A stretch of 60,523 nucleotides of DNA from an uncultured Bacilli bacterium (GCA_947588765.1 CANPZG010000004.1:1-60523); one strand, 5' to 3'. Positions 19,501-28,982 are shown, counted from the stretch's first letter. Made by a program: numbers and translations. The notes: generated by a model not told the origin, from the letters alone.

Positions 19501-22500
19501 GAAATTTTAAGTCAAAAGAAAAATAAATATTTTGAAAAAAATGAAAGAATGTATTATAGCTTTGATATTATAGGTATTGATGAGGAAAAAGAATTAACAC
19601 CATTTAAGATAGTAGTTAATGATAAAGAATATCTTTTAACTAAAACTTTTAAAGGCTATGCAATTTTATTAGATGGATTTACTAGTTTTGGAGAAAAATC
19701 AATTACAATTACGGATATTATATTTAAAAATGGTCTTAAAGTTAAATTAACGAATCCATATACTGTAAAGATAGAAGTATTAAAAGATAAAATTAGTATT
19801 AATGATTATAATTATAAAATTGATAGCGATAATATTAAAATTACATTTAATAAAAAAGATACTGATAAATCATTAATAGATAATTTAATGGTTAGAATTA
19901 CGGATGATTTTGGCAAAGTCATTTATAATGATAGCTTTAAAAATGAAATTACTTTTGTTAAAGCAAATGATGTTATAAGATATAAAGTCGAAGTAATTGG
20001 TAGTTATGATCGTGATACGGAAATGACTATTAATAGTGAAAATAATTATCAAGATGCCGTATTATTAAGTGAAATTATATCTTTAGATGTAAATAATATT
20101 GAATTAAAAGATATTGAGGATGTTAATTTATACTTAAGAACAACTGTTGATGGTATTGATCAAACTGATAAAATTGATGAAATTTCCATTGTCGAACTAG
20201 AAAATAATTTAGATAATTACTTTGTAGAAATTATAATGACTAATTTACCAACGGTTCGATCTAAAATTGCCAGTGTTAAAAATATTGATAATCATTTATT
20301 CTTAGAGCTAGATTGCAATTACATAACAACGGAAAAAGGTAATGCTAATCAAACAATAAAAATTGATTTTGGAGAAATTAGTGCTAATGGTAAAGCTCTT
20401 AATGAAGAACATCCTGATATCGCTTTTGAAAAATTAATTGAAAAATTACAAAGAAATGAAAATGTGGAATTAACGAAAAATTATGATGCTGCAACTGTAA
20501 GTATTAGTGATGATTACTTTGTTGATGAATACAATGGAACTTTAAATGGTAATGGTTATACAATTAAAAACTTAGATAGACCTTTATTTAATAAAATTAA
20601 TAATGGTACAATTGAAAACTTAAAATTAGAAAATGTAACTATGCCTCGAACTAAAGGTAATGGAGCAATAGCTTTAACAACCAATAAATCAATAATTAGA
20701 AATGTTTTAATAAGTAACTATACTAAAATTAATAATGAAGCAGCAGTAGGTACGTTTGTTGGAACAGCAACCGATTCCACTTTTGAAAATTGTAAAGTAA
20801 GTAATTTCAAAATTAATTCAAATAGTTATACGCAACAATCTATTGGTGGTTTAGTAGGTTATTCTTATGGTTCAACTTTTGAAAACTGTTATGCCTCTGG
20901 TTCAATGAGTGATGGTTGGAATTTCCGTGCTGGTCTAGTTGGTAATGTCGCGAGAGCATCAACATTTATCAATAATTATACCCAAGTTTCATTTAATAAT
21001 CCTTGGGGTGGAGATATAATATGTGGTATTGCTTGTGGTTCCGGTGGTGGAACTTATAAAAATAATATAAGTGTTGGTTCGGGAATTAGGACGCGCATTT
21101 ATGGTTCCGCAAATGAAAGCGATAACAATTATTATTTAGCAAGCGATAATGATGATACTAAAGATCAAAATGGTGTTATTAAGATTACGACGAGTGAAGT
21201 TAATACAGAATTGTTCCGGGATAAAGCCCATTTTGATCCAACTATTTGGAGTTTAAATGATATTTCCATGGAATCTTTACCTAAATTAATCCCGGAAGTT
21301 AAAACTAAATTAGAATCTGAAACTAGTTATGAAAAGGATAAAGAATTATTATATAGTAACTTAATGAAATTAATGCCTTTCTATGATAATGAAAAAATAA
21401 TTAATGTGGGTAAAAATATTGATGTTAATAATTTATTAAATAAAAAAGAAATTCAACATATTTTACCAATTTCTCAAGATGGCAGTTTAGTTACCTATTT
21501 AACATATAATAATGTTAAAAAATTAGATAAAATAAAAATTGTCTTTAGTGATAATTCTAAAACGGAATATGCAGTTATCTTTGATAAAGTATATGATATG
21601 GTAGCATCTTATCGCATAACGGATTTAAATATTGATTATAGTTACAATCATTACTTAATTGATACTAATTCGCAAATAATAAATGATTTAACCAATTATT
21701 TAAGAAATCTTAATTATGCTGATAACTTAGATATTTTAACAAGTAAAGCTGATTCGCGGATTTATAGTGAATTCTATAATGATGTTACAAGTAAAGAATT
21801 ACAAGAATTTGTCTTAAAATATTTAGCTAATAGTAATTATATAAATACGACAAATGATGAAGCAATTAATGATTATCTGGAAGGAAAAATTAAACGAAAT
21901 CAAAAATTAGAAAAAGCCTTATATGTTTATAATTATTTCCGAAGATTCTATGATTTAGATGTTAATGGAATGAAAATATATGACTTTGTAATGTTTAATA
22001 TGCAAGGATTTGATAAAAATCTAACTGCTTCTAAAATAACGGATTTATTCTTAAGTGATGCAACTGGCGCAAATTTTGATACTAATCAAACTAATAATAG
22101 ATATGTAAGTGTTCTTGGAGGTTACACTAAATTAAATTCTATTCCAAAATTTTTAGAATTTATTGTTACTAAATTTAGTGATTATGATATGGCAGAATGG
22201 ACAAGAACGCAATTTAAAGGAATATTAAAAGAAATTACAATTGAAGGACATTCCGAAATTCAATATACTTTATGGGATCATTTAAGTAGTAGAGATTCTA
22301 AATATGGTGAAGTTAGTTTCAATTATGTTTTACCAATTTTAACTCTTCCAGAAACAGCAGCATATATAATTTCAGCTCCAGTGCAATATATAATTGGGGC
22401 ACAAAGAACTTATATGAATAATCCATATAGTGAAACTGATTTAGCTAATTTTGAAGAAAAAATAACATCATATACTGATAGAATGCAAAACTATTACACT

Positions 22501-24042
22501 ACAGCTTATTCTATTTTAGAGGATGCGAATTTATTTAATAATATTCATATCTACCATCTTGATAAAAGATATACCAGAACTTTAGATGGAAGCTCAATAT
22601 TTAATTATCCATATACAACGGAAGAACCATTCCATAAGAATTTTAATGAAGTTACGGGAGCATGGGCTGCGAGTGCTGGAGTTAATGCTGGTGCCAGTGG
22701 TTCTTGGGTTCAATGGCAAGTTGCAGGGGTGTTAGACAGTACTTTAACAACTGATGGTTCTCTTGATGTGGGCCATGTTACCTTTAAAACATTCACTCAT
22801 GAATCAGCTCACAATATTGATGCGAGATTATTCTTAATGGATAATGGTCGAAGATATGATGCTGGTGGTGAAGATTATGCCGATTCATTCTTAATGCAAT
22901 CCTTTGAAAAATTTGGTATTGTTATGAATTTATCTATTAATTTTGATTTAGATAAATTAAATGAAAAAGAACAAGCCGTTGGTTCTAATTTAACACCAGA
23001 AAGAATTAATTCGGAAGCTAAAATTAAAGATTTCTATAATAAAGCTTTCCAAACAATATATATTATGGATTATCTCGAAGCTAAAGCATTCTTACAATTA
23101 GATGATGAAGCTCAAAAAGAATTAGGTATTCAAGTATCATATCCGAATGAAAATGCTCAATTTGCTTATAACATAGTAAAAGATGCTGAGGGAAATGATG
23201 TTCGAGAATATTATGGCCCAACTTATATAGAAGATGAATATGCTCGGTTTAGGGCTTATCAAACAAGTAGATTTACCCAATTAAGTGAAATAGAAAACTT
23301 TGATTATGATAAGTTACAAACTATTGATGATTTAGTGGATAATAAAATTATGCTTTATCCATCAATCTATAAAGTTTCTTCAAGAGCAGATAATTCCTAT
23401 GGTGGAGAAGGATATAATACAGTTCATTGGTATCAACCACATAATGATTATGGTCGTCCTGATTCTTATGCACTAAAGTGGATAAGCTATGAAATGTTAG
23501 GCTATGCTGGATATAAAAAAGGTTTTGTGGAATATGCAAGTAATATTTATTATGAGATTAGAAAAACTTATGATAAATTGGCTACTCCATTTAATGAAGA
23601 TGGAACACCTAATTTAGCTAATGCTAGTTACAAATCTGATGCTATGGCTTTAGAAACAATTACAGAAGGAAAATATACTGATTTTGATAAATACAAGAAA
23701 GATCGTTTCAAAGAAGTAGAAACAAACTTAAGTCGTCTTAATAAAGTTATTAACGCTAAAGAATATGTTCAAGAATTTTATGATGCATTGAAAAAAGATA
23801 GTATTGAGATGAAAGAAGAAGTAGCAAAAGTTATTAATAGGTATGGCTCAGAAGCTAATGCTCTTAATAATTATTGGGGTATAAGAGAATTATGGGCAGC
23901 ACGAAGTTATCCAAATAGTAGTGAAGTTCGTTATAAAATATATAGCACTTTAAAAAATCTAACAAATGATTTTACAACAGATGAAATTTATATGGATACT
24001 TGGCAACAAGATGCTAATGACTTAAGCGTAACAAACAAATAA
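16579..24042 (+). CDS. Giant (2487 aa) surface zinc metalloprotease, M26 (ZmpA/B/C-like) family, with a cohesin-like N-domain, a TM hairpin, dockerin-like Ca-binding repeats and repeated beta modules
   Basis: GGGGGAGG RBS and signal peptide MYKKICLFVCMFLLLPICVLA. Cohesin-like pattern (VGDEIIVTAKVSE..YAVIATLKYDENVF...DGVLFSVRLKVKKDANVGDTNIAL). Two hydrophobic helices (aa ~183-232). DVNNDGTKDYNDAEEIIKYLI and DTNNDGEVDIGDVGDIVEEV. At least 4 modules, each starting [VI]LKD[AV]P. M26 N-domain-like GTLNGNGYTIKNLDRPLF..GTIENLKLENV. HEXXH = HESAH at nt 22798-22812, with GGEDYAD downstream. Confidence 0.8.
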   Translation: MYKKICLFVCMFLLLPICVLAKDKMELNVDKTDITVGDEIIVTAKVSEELKSYAVIATLKYDENVFQKIEETNFDLEDADSITYNEYNNKFGIINRSGSITEDGVLFSVRLKVKKDANVGDTNIALTNISSSNGNGKISIPSCKIKVLITRDATPGETIPENEENTITEDTENTITTFTTMPIIYILGSIALVSLVLVLIFIRKNKLSKKMIITYILLEIALFGTIVALIISNNSKKDVNNDGTKDYNDAEEIIKYLIDIKGNKEDNQDEDNNEENITNDKNTTNKNKNKKPHTNNEKPKEDLDTNNDGEVDIGDVGDIVEEVTKNTKVELFEEKYDNIYYVEKGEITLKFKADITPADVLITKVKIDNQYYDVNLNENVYSVQVNRTIAGKYDFVITEVVLNNGKNVKTKLKLTREILKDVPYVNKFNLDDASKSLSFHLVDDDNAFISGMATIYAGNEIIISKEISNFTEINDMPLEEDKTYFVEIVGNYELDSNRNDQNNAYVDEVMFEHEFMLGGDYNFELTNFGITDALQPGEKPIISFTSSNTRNAKIMNATLTNDNKEASNYQISKIDGNNYEIVVDDADITPGKHTISLDDVGLDSLKTFENNKDYVTNTLTYTVLKEAPKTEDIKLTSNLEEKAIDIEFMLKDPNFAINSLNIVVENSTGKVISKEELIIDQFITNLLENKPIKTTVSYGNDTDGLYTVKILANYDLSEKYNYTNQNIGEMEILTHGDTIYISDMFITNDRNERTNNLYPTKNAGNYQLAITLVTNGIRAYTAIGSVTINGLNYPAQTIEGYKTKVYVNIPDEAGVLTLKANRVLLIINNYNLKLNDYYSVPEKTIKVDVLKDAPKIENLSVEENYEQDEVTFDFDVVLDEKASTSDEDFKDGKIILNGETQPINRGKNSVTFKNVEKDTIFDLDFTASYDLDSDNPEINAITGDQNEKIDNKIFSVKYGLFNKNTYDSIAITDGEILSQKKNKYFEKNERMYYSFDIIGIDEEKELTPFKIVVNDKEYLLTKTFKGYAILLDGFTSFGEKSITITDIIFKNGLKVKLTNPYTVKIEVLKDKISINDYNYKIDSDNIKITFNKKDTDKSLIDNLMVRITDDFGKVIYNDSFKNEITFVKANDVIRYKVEVIGSYDRDTEMTINSENNYQDAVLLSEIISLDVNNIELKDIEDVNLYLRTTVDGIDQTDKIDEISIVELENNLDNYFVEIIMTNLPTVRSKIASVKNIDNHLFLELDCNYITTEKGNANQTIKIDFGEISANGKALNEEHPDIAFEKLIEKLQRNENVELTKNYDAATVSISDDYFVDEYNGTLNGNGYTIKNLDRPLFNKINNGTIENLKLENVTMPRTKGNGAIALTTNKSIIRNVLISNYTKINNEAAVGTFVGTATDSTFENCKVSNFKINSNSYTQQSIGGLVGYSYGSTFENCYASGSMSDGWNFRAGLVGNVARASTFINNYTQVSFNNPWGGDIICGIACGSGGGTYKNNISVGSGIRTRIYGSANESDNNYYLASDNDDTKDQNGVIKITTSEVNTELFRDKAHFDPTIWSLNDISMESLPKLIPEVKTKLESETSYEKDKELLYSNLMKLMPFYDNEKIINVGKNIDVNNLLNKKEIQHILPISQDGSLVTYLTYNNVKKLDKIKIVFSDNSKTEYAVIFDKVYDMVASYRITDLNIDYSYNHYLIDTNSQIINDLTNYLRNLNYADNLDILTSKADSRIYSEFYNDVTSKELQEFVLKYLANSNYINTTNDEAINDYLEGKIKRNQKLEKALYVYNYFRRFYDLDVNGMKIYDFVMFNMQGFDKNLTASKITDLFLSDATGANFDTNQTNNRYVSVLGGYTKLNSIPKFLEFIVTKFSDYDMAEWTRTQFKGILKEITIEGHSEIQYTLWDHLSSRDSKYGEVSFNYVLPILTLPETAAYIISAPVQYIIGAQRTYMNNPYSETDLANFEEKITSYTDRMQNYYTTAYSILEDANLFNNIHIYHLDKRYTRTLDGSSIFNYPYTTEEPFHKNFNEVTGAWAASAGVNAGASGSWVQWQVAGVLDSTLTTDGSLDVGHVTFKTFTHESAHNIDARLFLMDNGRRYDAGGEDYADSFLMQSFEKFGIVMNLSINFDLDKLNEKEQAVGSNLTPERINSEAKIKDFYNKAFQTIYIMDYLEAKAFLQLDDEAQKELGIQVSYPNENAQFAYNIVKDAEGNDVREYYGPTYIEDEYARFRAYQTSRFTQLSEIENFDYDKLQTIDDLVDNKIMLYPSIYKVSSRADNSYGGEGYNTVHWYQPHNDYGRPDSYALKWISYEMLGYAGYKKGFVEYASNIYYEIRKTYDKLATPFNEDGTPNLANASYKSDAMALETITEGKYTDFDKYKKDRFKEVETNLSRLNKVINAKEYVQEFYDALKKDSIEMKEEVAKVINRYGSEANALNNYWGIRELWAARSYPNSSEVRYKIYSTLKNLTNDFTTDEIYMDTWQQDANDLSVTNK

Positions 24043-24068
24043 AAAGCGACAAAATTTTGTTGCTTTTT
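24041..24068. terminator. Bidirectional terminator between the metalloprotease gene and a convergent XRE gene
   Basis: AAAAAGCGACAAAA-TTTTGTTGCTTTTT hairpin with A/T runs on both sides. Confidence 0.6.
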
Positions 24069-24076
24069 GTATATAA

Positions 24077-24313
24077 TTATATATCTTTAAAAAATTCTGT
24101 AATTGGTACCTTTAATCTTTTAGATATAATATAAACAAATTCTAAACTAAAAGTTTGATAACTACTGTTTTCAACATTTGATACTGTACCTATATCATAG
24201 TTAATTAATTCGGCAAGTTTTGCTTGAGTTAATTTATGTTCTTTTCTAATTCTTCTTATATTCTTACCAACTATAACATATATGTATTTATTATCTGTTT
24301 TGTTAATCTCCAT
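24077..24313 (-). CDS. XRE-family helix-turn-helix transcriptional regulator
   Basis: VGKNIRRIRKEHKLTQAKLAELINYDIGTVSNVEN is an HTH_3 pattern. AGGTG RBS 8 nt before ATG 24313; the ORF track opens at 24319. Divergent from paralog B. Confidence 0.85.
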   Translation of the reverse strand: MEINKTDNKYIYVIVGKNIRRIRKEHKLTQAKLAELINYDIGTVSNVENSSYQTFSLEFVYIISKRLKVPITEFFKDI

Positions 24314-24433
24314 TGTCATTACACCTAGTATAATTATCTAATATCATTTGTTAAAATAACTGCATTTAATATATGCACTTTTTTTTAAGAAACTTGTGGT
24401 ATATTTATATTAGAAAAATAAAGGAGAGTTACT

Positions 24434-25705
24434 ATGGAAGAACAAAATAAAAGAAAAAGTATAATATATTTAACAATAGGAGTATTAACATTAATAGCTT
24501 TGATAGCGGGTGCAACCTATGCCTATTTTCAAGCCCAAACTGAAAATAATGCTGTAGCTAATTTAAATACTACAACCGGAACAACAGATAATCTAACATT
24601 TTCAACGGATGGTAATATATTAATAAATGCAAGTGCTGATAACTTTGGAGAAAATATGGGAGACCGAGTATCAACAGCAACTGCTAATGCGACATTGATA
24701 CCAAATAATACTACAAATAATGCAAGTGATACCTATAATGTATATCTTGCAATAAAAGAAAATACGTTTGTGTACACAACTGGGGAATCAACTCCAGAAT
24801 TAATATTATCAGTAAAGAAAGATGGAGAATATTATCAAATAAAAAATGAAGATCAAAAAGAAAATATAAGTATTCAATATAAGAAAAAAGGACAAGAAGC
24901 ATTAACAACTGAAACAATAAAAGGATATGATATAACAACAAAAGATGGATTAATAAAAATAGCTGAAGGGGAAACTATAACAGCAAATGAAAAACAAGAA
25001 ATAGATAACTGGGAAATAAAGATAATATTAAAAAATTTGATAAGTGATCAAAATAATAATACAGGAAAAACATTTAATGGAAAGATAATAATCCAAAAAG
25101 AAAAATTAGCTGATAGTGCAGTAGATTTATCAGGGAATGGATACAATGGTACATTTGAAAATGGAGCTGTTGCTATTCCCGATGAAGAAGGAAATATTGG
25201 AGTTTATTTTGATGGTATAGATGACTATGTTGATATTGTAGATTTACCAGATACAATAGATTGGGAAAGTGGATTTAATGTAGAGTTTGAAGCAAAATGG
25301 TTAGCGTTTAATAAATATTCAAGAATATTTGAGGCTTCTAATGGCCCTAATTCAAATAATATATACATAGCTAACACCAATTATAGTAGTAATCTTGTTT
25401 TATCAGTTTATGGAAAAGGAAAAGGGCATGTAATTTCTAGTGGACAATTATTATTAAATGAGAAAAATGTGGTAAAAATGACTTATACTAAAACTGAAAC
25501 CGGTTATAATTTAAATACAAATATTAATGGGGTAGATCAACCAGTTATAACTCATACACCATTATTAACAAATATTACTAGAACTAGTAACTATATGGGT
25601 AAATCAAATTGGAGTATAGATGGCTACTTTAATGGTTATATTTATAATTTAAAAATAACAGATAGTACTGGTAAACCAATTATTTGGTATGATTTTTCAA
25701 AATAA
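24434..25705 (+). CDS. Secreted-protein paralog B: SipW-like signal + shared N-module fused to a LamG/concanavalin-like jelly-roll domain
   Basis: The first ~220 aa are collinear with paralogs A and C (MEEQNKRKSIIYLTIGVLTLIALIAGATYAYFQAQT...KTFNGKIIIQKE). The C-terminus matches the Laminin_G_3 pattern: VYFDGIDDYVDI...FNVEFEAKW...RIFE...NYMGKSNWSIDGYFNGYIYNLKI. Confidence 0.8.
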   Translation: MEEQNKRKSIIYLTIGVLTLIALIAGATYAYFQAQTENNAVANLNTTTGTTDNLTFSTDGNILINASADNFGENMGDRVSTATANATLIPNNTTNNASDTYNVYLAIKENTFVYTTGESTPELILSVKKDGEYYQIKNEDQKENISIQYKKKGQEALTTETIKGYDITTKDGLIKIAEGETITANEKQEIDNWEIKIILKNLISDQNNNTGKTFNGKIIIQKEKLADSAVDLSGNGYNGTFENGAVAIPDEEGNIGVYFDGIDDYVDIVDLPDTIDWESGFNVEFEAKWLAFNKYSRIFEASNGPNSNNIYIANTNYSSNLVLSVYGKGKGHVISSGQLLLNEKNVVKMTYTKTETGYNLNTNINGVDQPVITHTPLLTNITRTSNYMGKSNWSIDGYFNGYIYNLKITDSTGKPIIWYDFSK

Positions 25706-25733
25706 ATGGTGGCTATAATTTGCCACTTTTTTA
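25704..25733 (+). terminator. Rho-independent terminator after paralog B
   Basis: AAATGGTGGC-tataattt-GCCACTTTTTT. Confidence 0.6.
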
Positions 25734-25829
25734 TTTTGTAATTATAAATTAATATTTATTTTTTATACTAAAATTATTTAAAAAATAATATAATTATGTT
25801 ATAATTTTTTAAAGACTAGGGGAATTGAT

Positions 25830-27470
25830 ATGGATACAGTTAAAATTATTTTTTCAGATGGTAGTGAACATATTTATACTAAAGGGACAACTTTTGAAGA
25901 AATTAGTAAGGATTTTAATTCAAAGTTAGATGCCGTAGGAGTTCGCATTAATAATGAAATATTCTCTTTAGATAAGAAAGCAACTGAAGATTGTAATATT
26001 AGATTTATTACTGTGGATAACTTTTTAGGTAATAAAATGTATAAATCAGCTTTAAAATTTATTTTTGAAGTTGCTTTACGTGGGTATGGTTATGATATAA
26101 CATATGAACATAGTGTTCCGAAAGGAATACTTGGTGTTATTAAAGGAAATAAAATCTTAACTCATAATGATATTGAAACTATTAAAACAGAAATGGAAAG
26201 AATAGTTGAAAGAAACTCCGAAATAGAAAAATTAAATGTTTTACCTAGTGAAGCGATGAAATATTATCATGCATCTCGTCAAGATGAAAAAGCTGATAAT
26301 ATTCAAAATATAAATGATAGAGTAGTTACTTTATATAAATTAGAAAATTATTTAAATTATTTTTATTCGCCAATGCCTTCGAAAACGGGTGTTATTAAAA
26401 AATTTAATTTAGTTTATTTAGGTAATAATCGCGTTATTATATTATTCCCTAATGTTGGAGATAAAGGAGAATTACCAGAATATGTTCATTATGATAATAT
26501 CTTGTTATCATTTGCTAAAGGTAAACAATGGTTGAGTGCTTTAAATATGCCATATGTAACTAATTTAAATAAGACAATTGCTGATGGTACAATAAGAAAT
26601 TTTATTCAATCTTCAGAATTAACATTTAGTTTAAATGTGGCTAAAGTTGCGGAAGAAATAAGCCAAAAAAATATAAAATTTGTTTTAATTGCAGGTCCTT
26701 CATCATCGGGTAAAACGACAACTTGTCATCGACTCGGCTCATACTTGCAAGCTTTAGGGTATAACCCCATAAGTATTTCAATTGATGACTTCTTCTTGAA
26801 TCGAAGTGATACTCCATTGAATGAAGATGGTAGTCGTGATTTTGAATCACTGCAAGCAATTGATGTTCCTTTGTTTAATGAAGTAATTGTTAAGTTACTA
26901 AATAATGAAGAAGTAAATTTACCAATATATAATTTCTATACTGGTAAAAGGGAATATAGTACGAAAAAAACTAAATTAAATGAAAATAGCATTGTATTAA
27001 TTGAAGGATTACATGCTTTAAATGATGAATTAACTAAAGAAGTTGATAAAAAATATAAATATAAAATATATCTGAGTCCTTTTATTCCAATTAATATAGA
27101 TAGGCATAATTATATATCTACACTTGATTTAAGGTTAATAAGAAGAATAGTAAGGGATAATAGAACAAGAGGATATAATGCTGAGGCTACTATTGATAGT
27201 TGGCAAAATGTAAGAAATGGTGAAGAAAAATATATCTTTCCATTTATTCATCAAGCTGATACGATAATTAATACGGCTTTAGCATATGAAGTTGGGGTTT
27301 TGAAAGTTTATGTTGAACCACTTCTTTATTCTATAAGTAGTGATTCTAAATATTATGAAGAAGCAAGAAGATTAATAGTCTTTTTAAAACAATTTTTTAC
27401 CATACCAGGAGAGTATGTAAATGATGATTCTATTTTAAGAGAATTTATAGGAGGGAAAAATAATGATTAA
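25830..27470 (+). CDS. TGS-domain / uridine-kinase-family (PRK-like) nucleoside kinase, 546 aa
   Basis: N-terminal ubiquitin-like TGS-type region. Walker A in VLIAGPSSSGKTTT. The C-terminal half resembles the uridine kinase/phosphoribulokinase family (IEGLHALND..., RRIVRDNRTRG). Confidence 0.7.
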   Translation: MDTVKIIFSDGSEHIYTKGTTFEEISKDFNSKLDAVGVRINNEIFSLDKKATEDCNIRFITVDNFLGNKMYKSALKFIFEVALRGYGYDITYEHSVPKGILGVIKGNKILTHNDIETIKTEMERIVERNSEIEKLNVLPSEAMKYYHASRQDEKADNIQNINDRVVTLYKLENYLNYFYSPMPSKTGVIKKFNLVYLGNNRVIILFPNVGDKGELPEYVHYDNILLSFAKGKQWLSALNMPYVTNLNKTIADGTIRNFIQSSELTFSLNVAKVAEEISQKNIKFVLIAGPSSSGKTTTCHRLGSYLQALGYNPISISIDDFFLNRSDTPLNEDGSRDFESLQAIDVPLFNEVIVKLLNNEEVNLPIYNFYTGKREYSTKKTKLNENSIVLIEGLHALNDELTKEVDKKYKYKIYLSPFIPINIDRHNYISTLDLRLIRRIVRDNRTRGYNAEATIDSWQNVRNGEEKYIFPFIHQADTIINTALAYEVGVLKVYVEPLLYSISSDSKYYEEARRLIVFLKQFFTIPGEYVNDDSILREFIGGKNND

Positions 27471-28464
27471 AGTAGCAATTAATGGATTTGGGAGAATTGG
27501 CAAGTTAGCATTTAGACAAATTGTAACATCTACAGATTTTGAAGTAGTGGGGATTAATGATTTAGCCCCTGCTGAGGATTTAGCATATTTAGTAAAATAC
27601 GATACAGTTCATGGTTCTTTTCATGAAGATAAGATAAGTTTTGATGAAGAAAATATTATTGTGAATGGTACTAAAATAAGAGTGTATAATGAAAAAGACC
27701 CAGAAAATTTACCTTGGAAAGATTTAGATGTGGATGTAGTTTTAGAATGTACTGGTAAATTTACTGATTTAGAAGGAGCCGAAAAGCATATCAAAGCTGG
27801 AGCTAAAAAAGTCTTAATTTCTGCACCTGGTAAAGGTGAAATGAAAACAGTTGTTTATGGTGTTAATGAAAATATCTTAACTAGTGATGATACAGTTGTT
27901 AGTGCTGCAAGTTGTACGACTAACTGTCTAGCCCCAGTATTAAAAGTTTTAAATGATACATTTGGTGTTGAAAAAGGATTTATGTCAACTGTTCATGCTT
28001 ATACAAATGACCAAGCAACACTAGATATTATTCATAAGAAAGGAATTCAATCTCGTCGTGGTCGGGCTAGTGCTGCTAATATTGTTCCAGCATCAACGGG
28101 AGCAGCTAAAGCAATTGGTTTAGTTATTCCAGAATTATTAGGTAAAATGGATGGGGTAGCATATCGAGTACCAGTTACTGATGGTTCTTTAGTAGATTTA
28201 ACTGTAGAATTAAAGAAGAGTACGACTGTTGAAGAAATAAACGAAGCATTTAAAAATCATCAAAGTGATGCTTTAGTATATACAACTGATCCTATAGTAT
28301 CAAGTGATGTTATTAATAAAAAGTGTGGCGCAGTTGTTGATGGTTTATGTACTAGTGTAGTTGAAGCTGATGGCAAACAATTAGTTAAAGTTGTTGCTTG
28401 GTATGACAATGAATATGGTTATACTGCGCAAATGCTTAGAACTGCTAAAAGTATGTTTAAATAA
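27463..28464 (+). CDS. gap: Glyceraldehyde-3-phosphate dehydrogenase (type I)
   Basis: KVAINGFGRIGK, catalytic ASCTTNCLAP, WYDNEYGY. Confidence 0.96.
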   Translation: MIKVAINGFGRIGKLAFRQIVTSTDFEVVGINDLAPAEDLAYLVKYDTVHGSFHEDKISFDEENIIVNGTKIRVYNEKDPENLPWKDLDVDVVLECTGKFTDLEGAEKHIKAGAKKVLISAPGKGEMKTVVYGVNENILTSDDTVVSAASCTTNCLAPVLKVLNDTFGVEKGFMSTVHAYTNDQATLDIIHKKGIQSRRGRASAANIVPASTGAAKAIGLVIPELLGKMDGVAYRVPVTDGSLVDLTVELKKSTTVEEINEAFKNHQSDALVYTTDPIVSSDVINKKCGAVVDGLCTSVVEADGKQLVKVVAWYDNEYGYTAQMLRTAKSMFK

Positions 28465-28485
28465 GATAATATAGAAAATAAGCAA

Positions 28486-28517
28486 TAAAAAATGTTCATA
28501 GTGTTATGAGCATTTTT
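28486..28517. terminator. Bidirectional terminator between gap and a convergent XRE gene
   Basis: AAAAATGTTCATA-gtgt-TATGAGCATTTTT (one mismatch or wobble in the stem). Confidence 0.6.
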
Positions 28518-28529
28518 TATTACTTAAAT

Positions 28530-28871
28530 TTATAGTTTTTTTAAATCAATAATGGCTTGAATATAACTATCAATTTGAACTTTTTCAATGTTGGAAAGTT
28601 TGCGATAATTATCTATTAAGTGATTTTCTTTTTCATTTAATTTTATATTATTAGGTGTAGGATTATCAGTTAGACCTAATAAGTAATCAGCTGAAGTATT
28701 TAATATTTTAGCCATTTTAATTATTGTTGAAGTTTTAGGGTATATTTTTCCACTTATATATTGACTAATAGCTTCTTGTGAAACTTCTAATTCTACAGCT
28801 AGAGAAGTTAATGATTTATTTTGTTCTTTTACTATTTTTTTAAGATTATTCATATTATTATTTTTATTCAT
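28530..28871 (-). CDS. XRE-family HTH regulator with a C-terminal extension (113 aa)
   Basis: LKKIVKEQNKSLTSLAVELEVSQEAISQYISGKIYP...ILNTSADYLLGLTDNP is an HTH_3 pattern, followed by a helical tail of ~40 aa. Divergent from paralog D. Confidence 0.85.
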   Translation of the reverse strand: MNKNNNMNNLKKIVKEQNKSLTSLAVELEVSQEAISQYISGKIYPKTSTIIKMAKILNTSADYLLGLTDNPTPNNIKLNEKENHLIDNYRKLSNIEKVQIDSYIQAIIDLKKL

Positions 28872-28982
28872 TTATTCCTCCAATTATAATTAACTACCAA
28901 AATTATATAATTATTACTTTAAATATAATTGAAGTTATGATAAAATAAAATTGAAGTATAAATTATAATAGAGGTGAATTAT

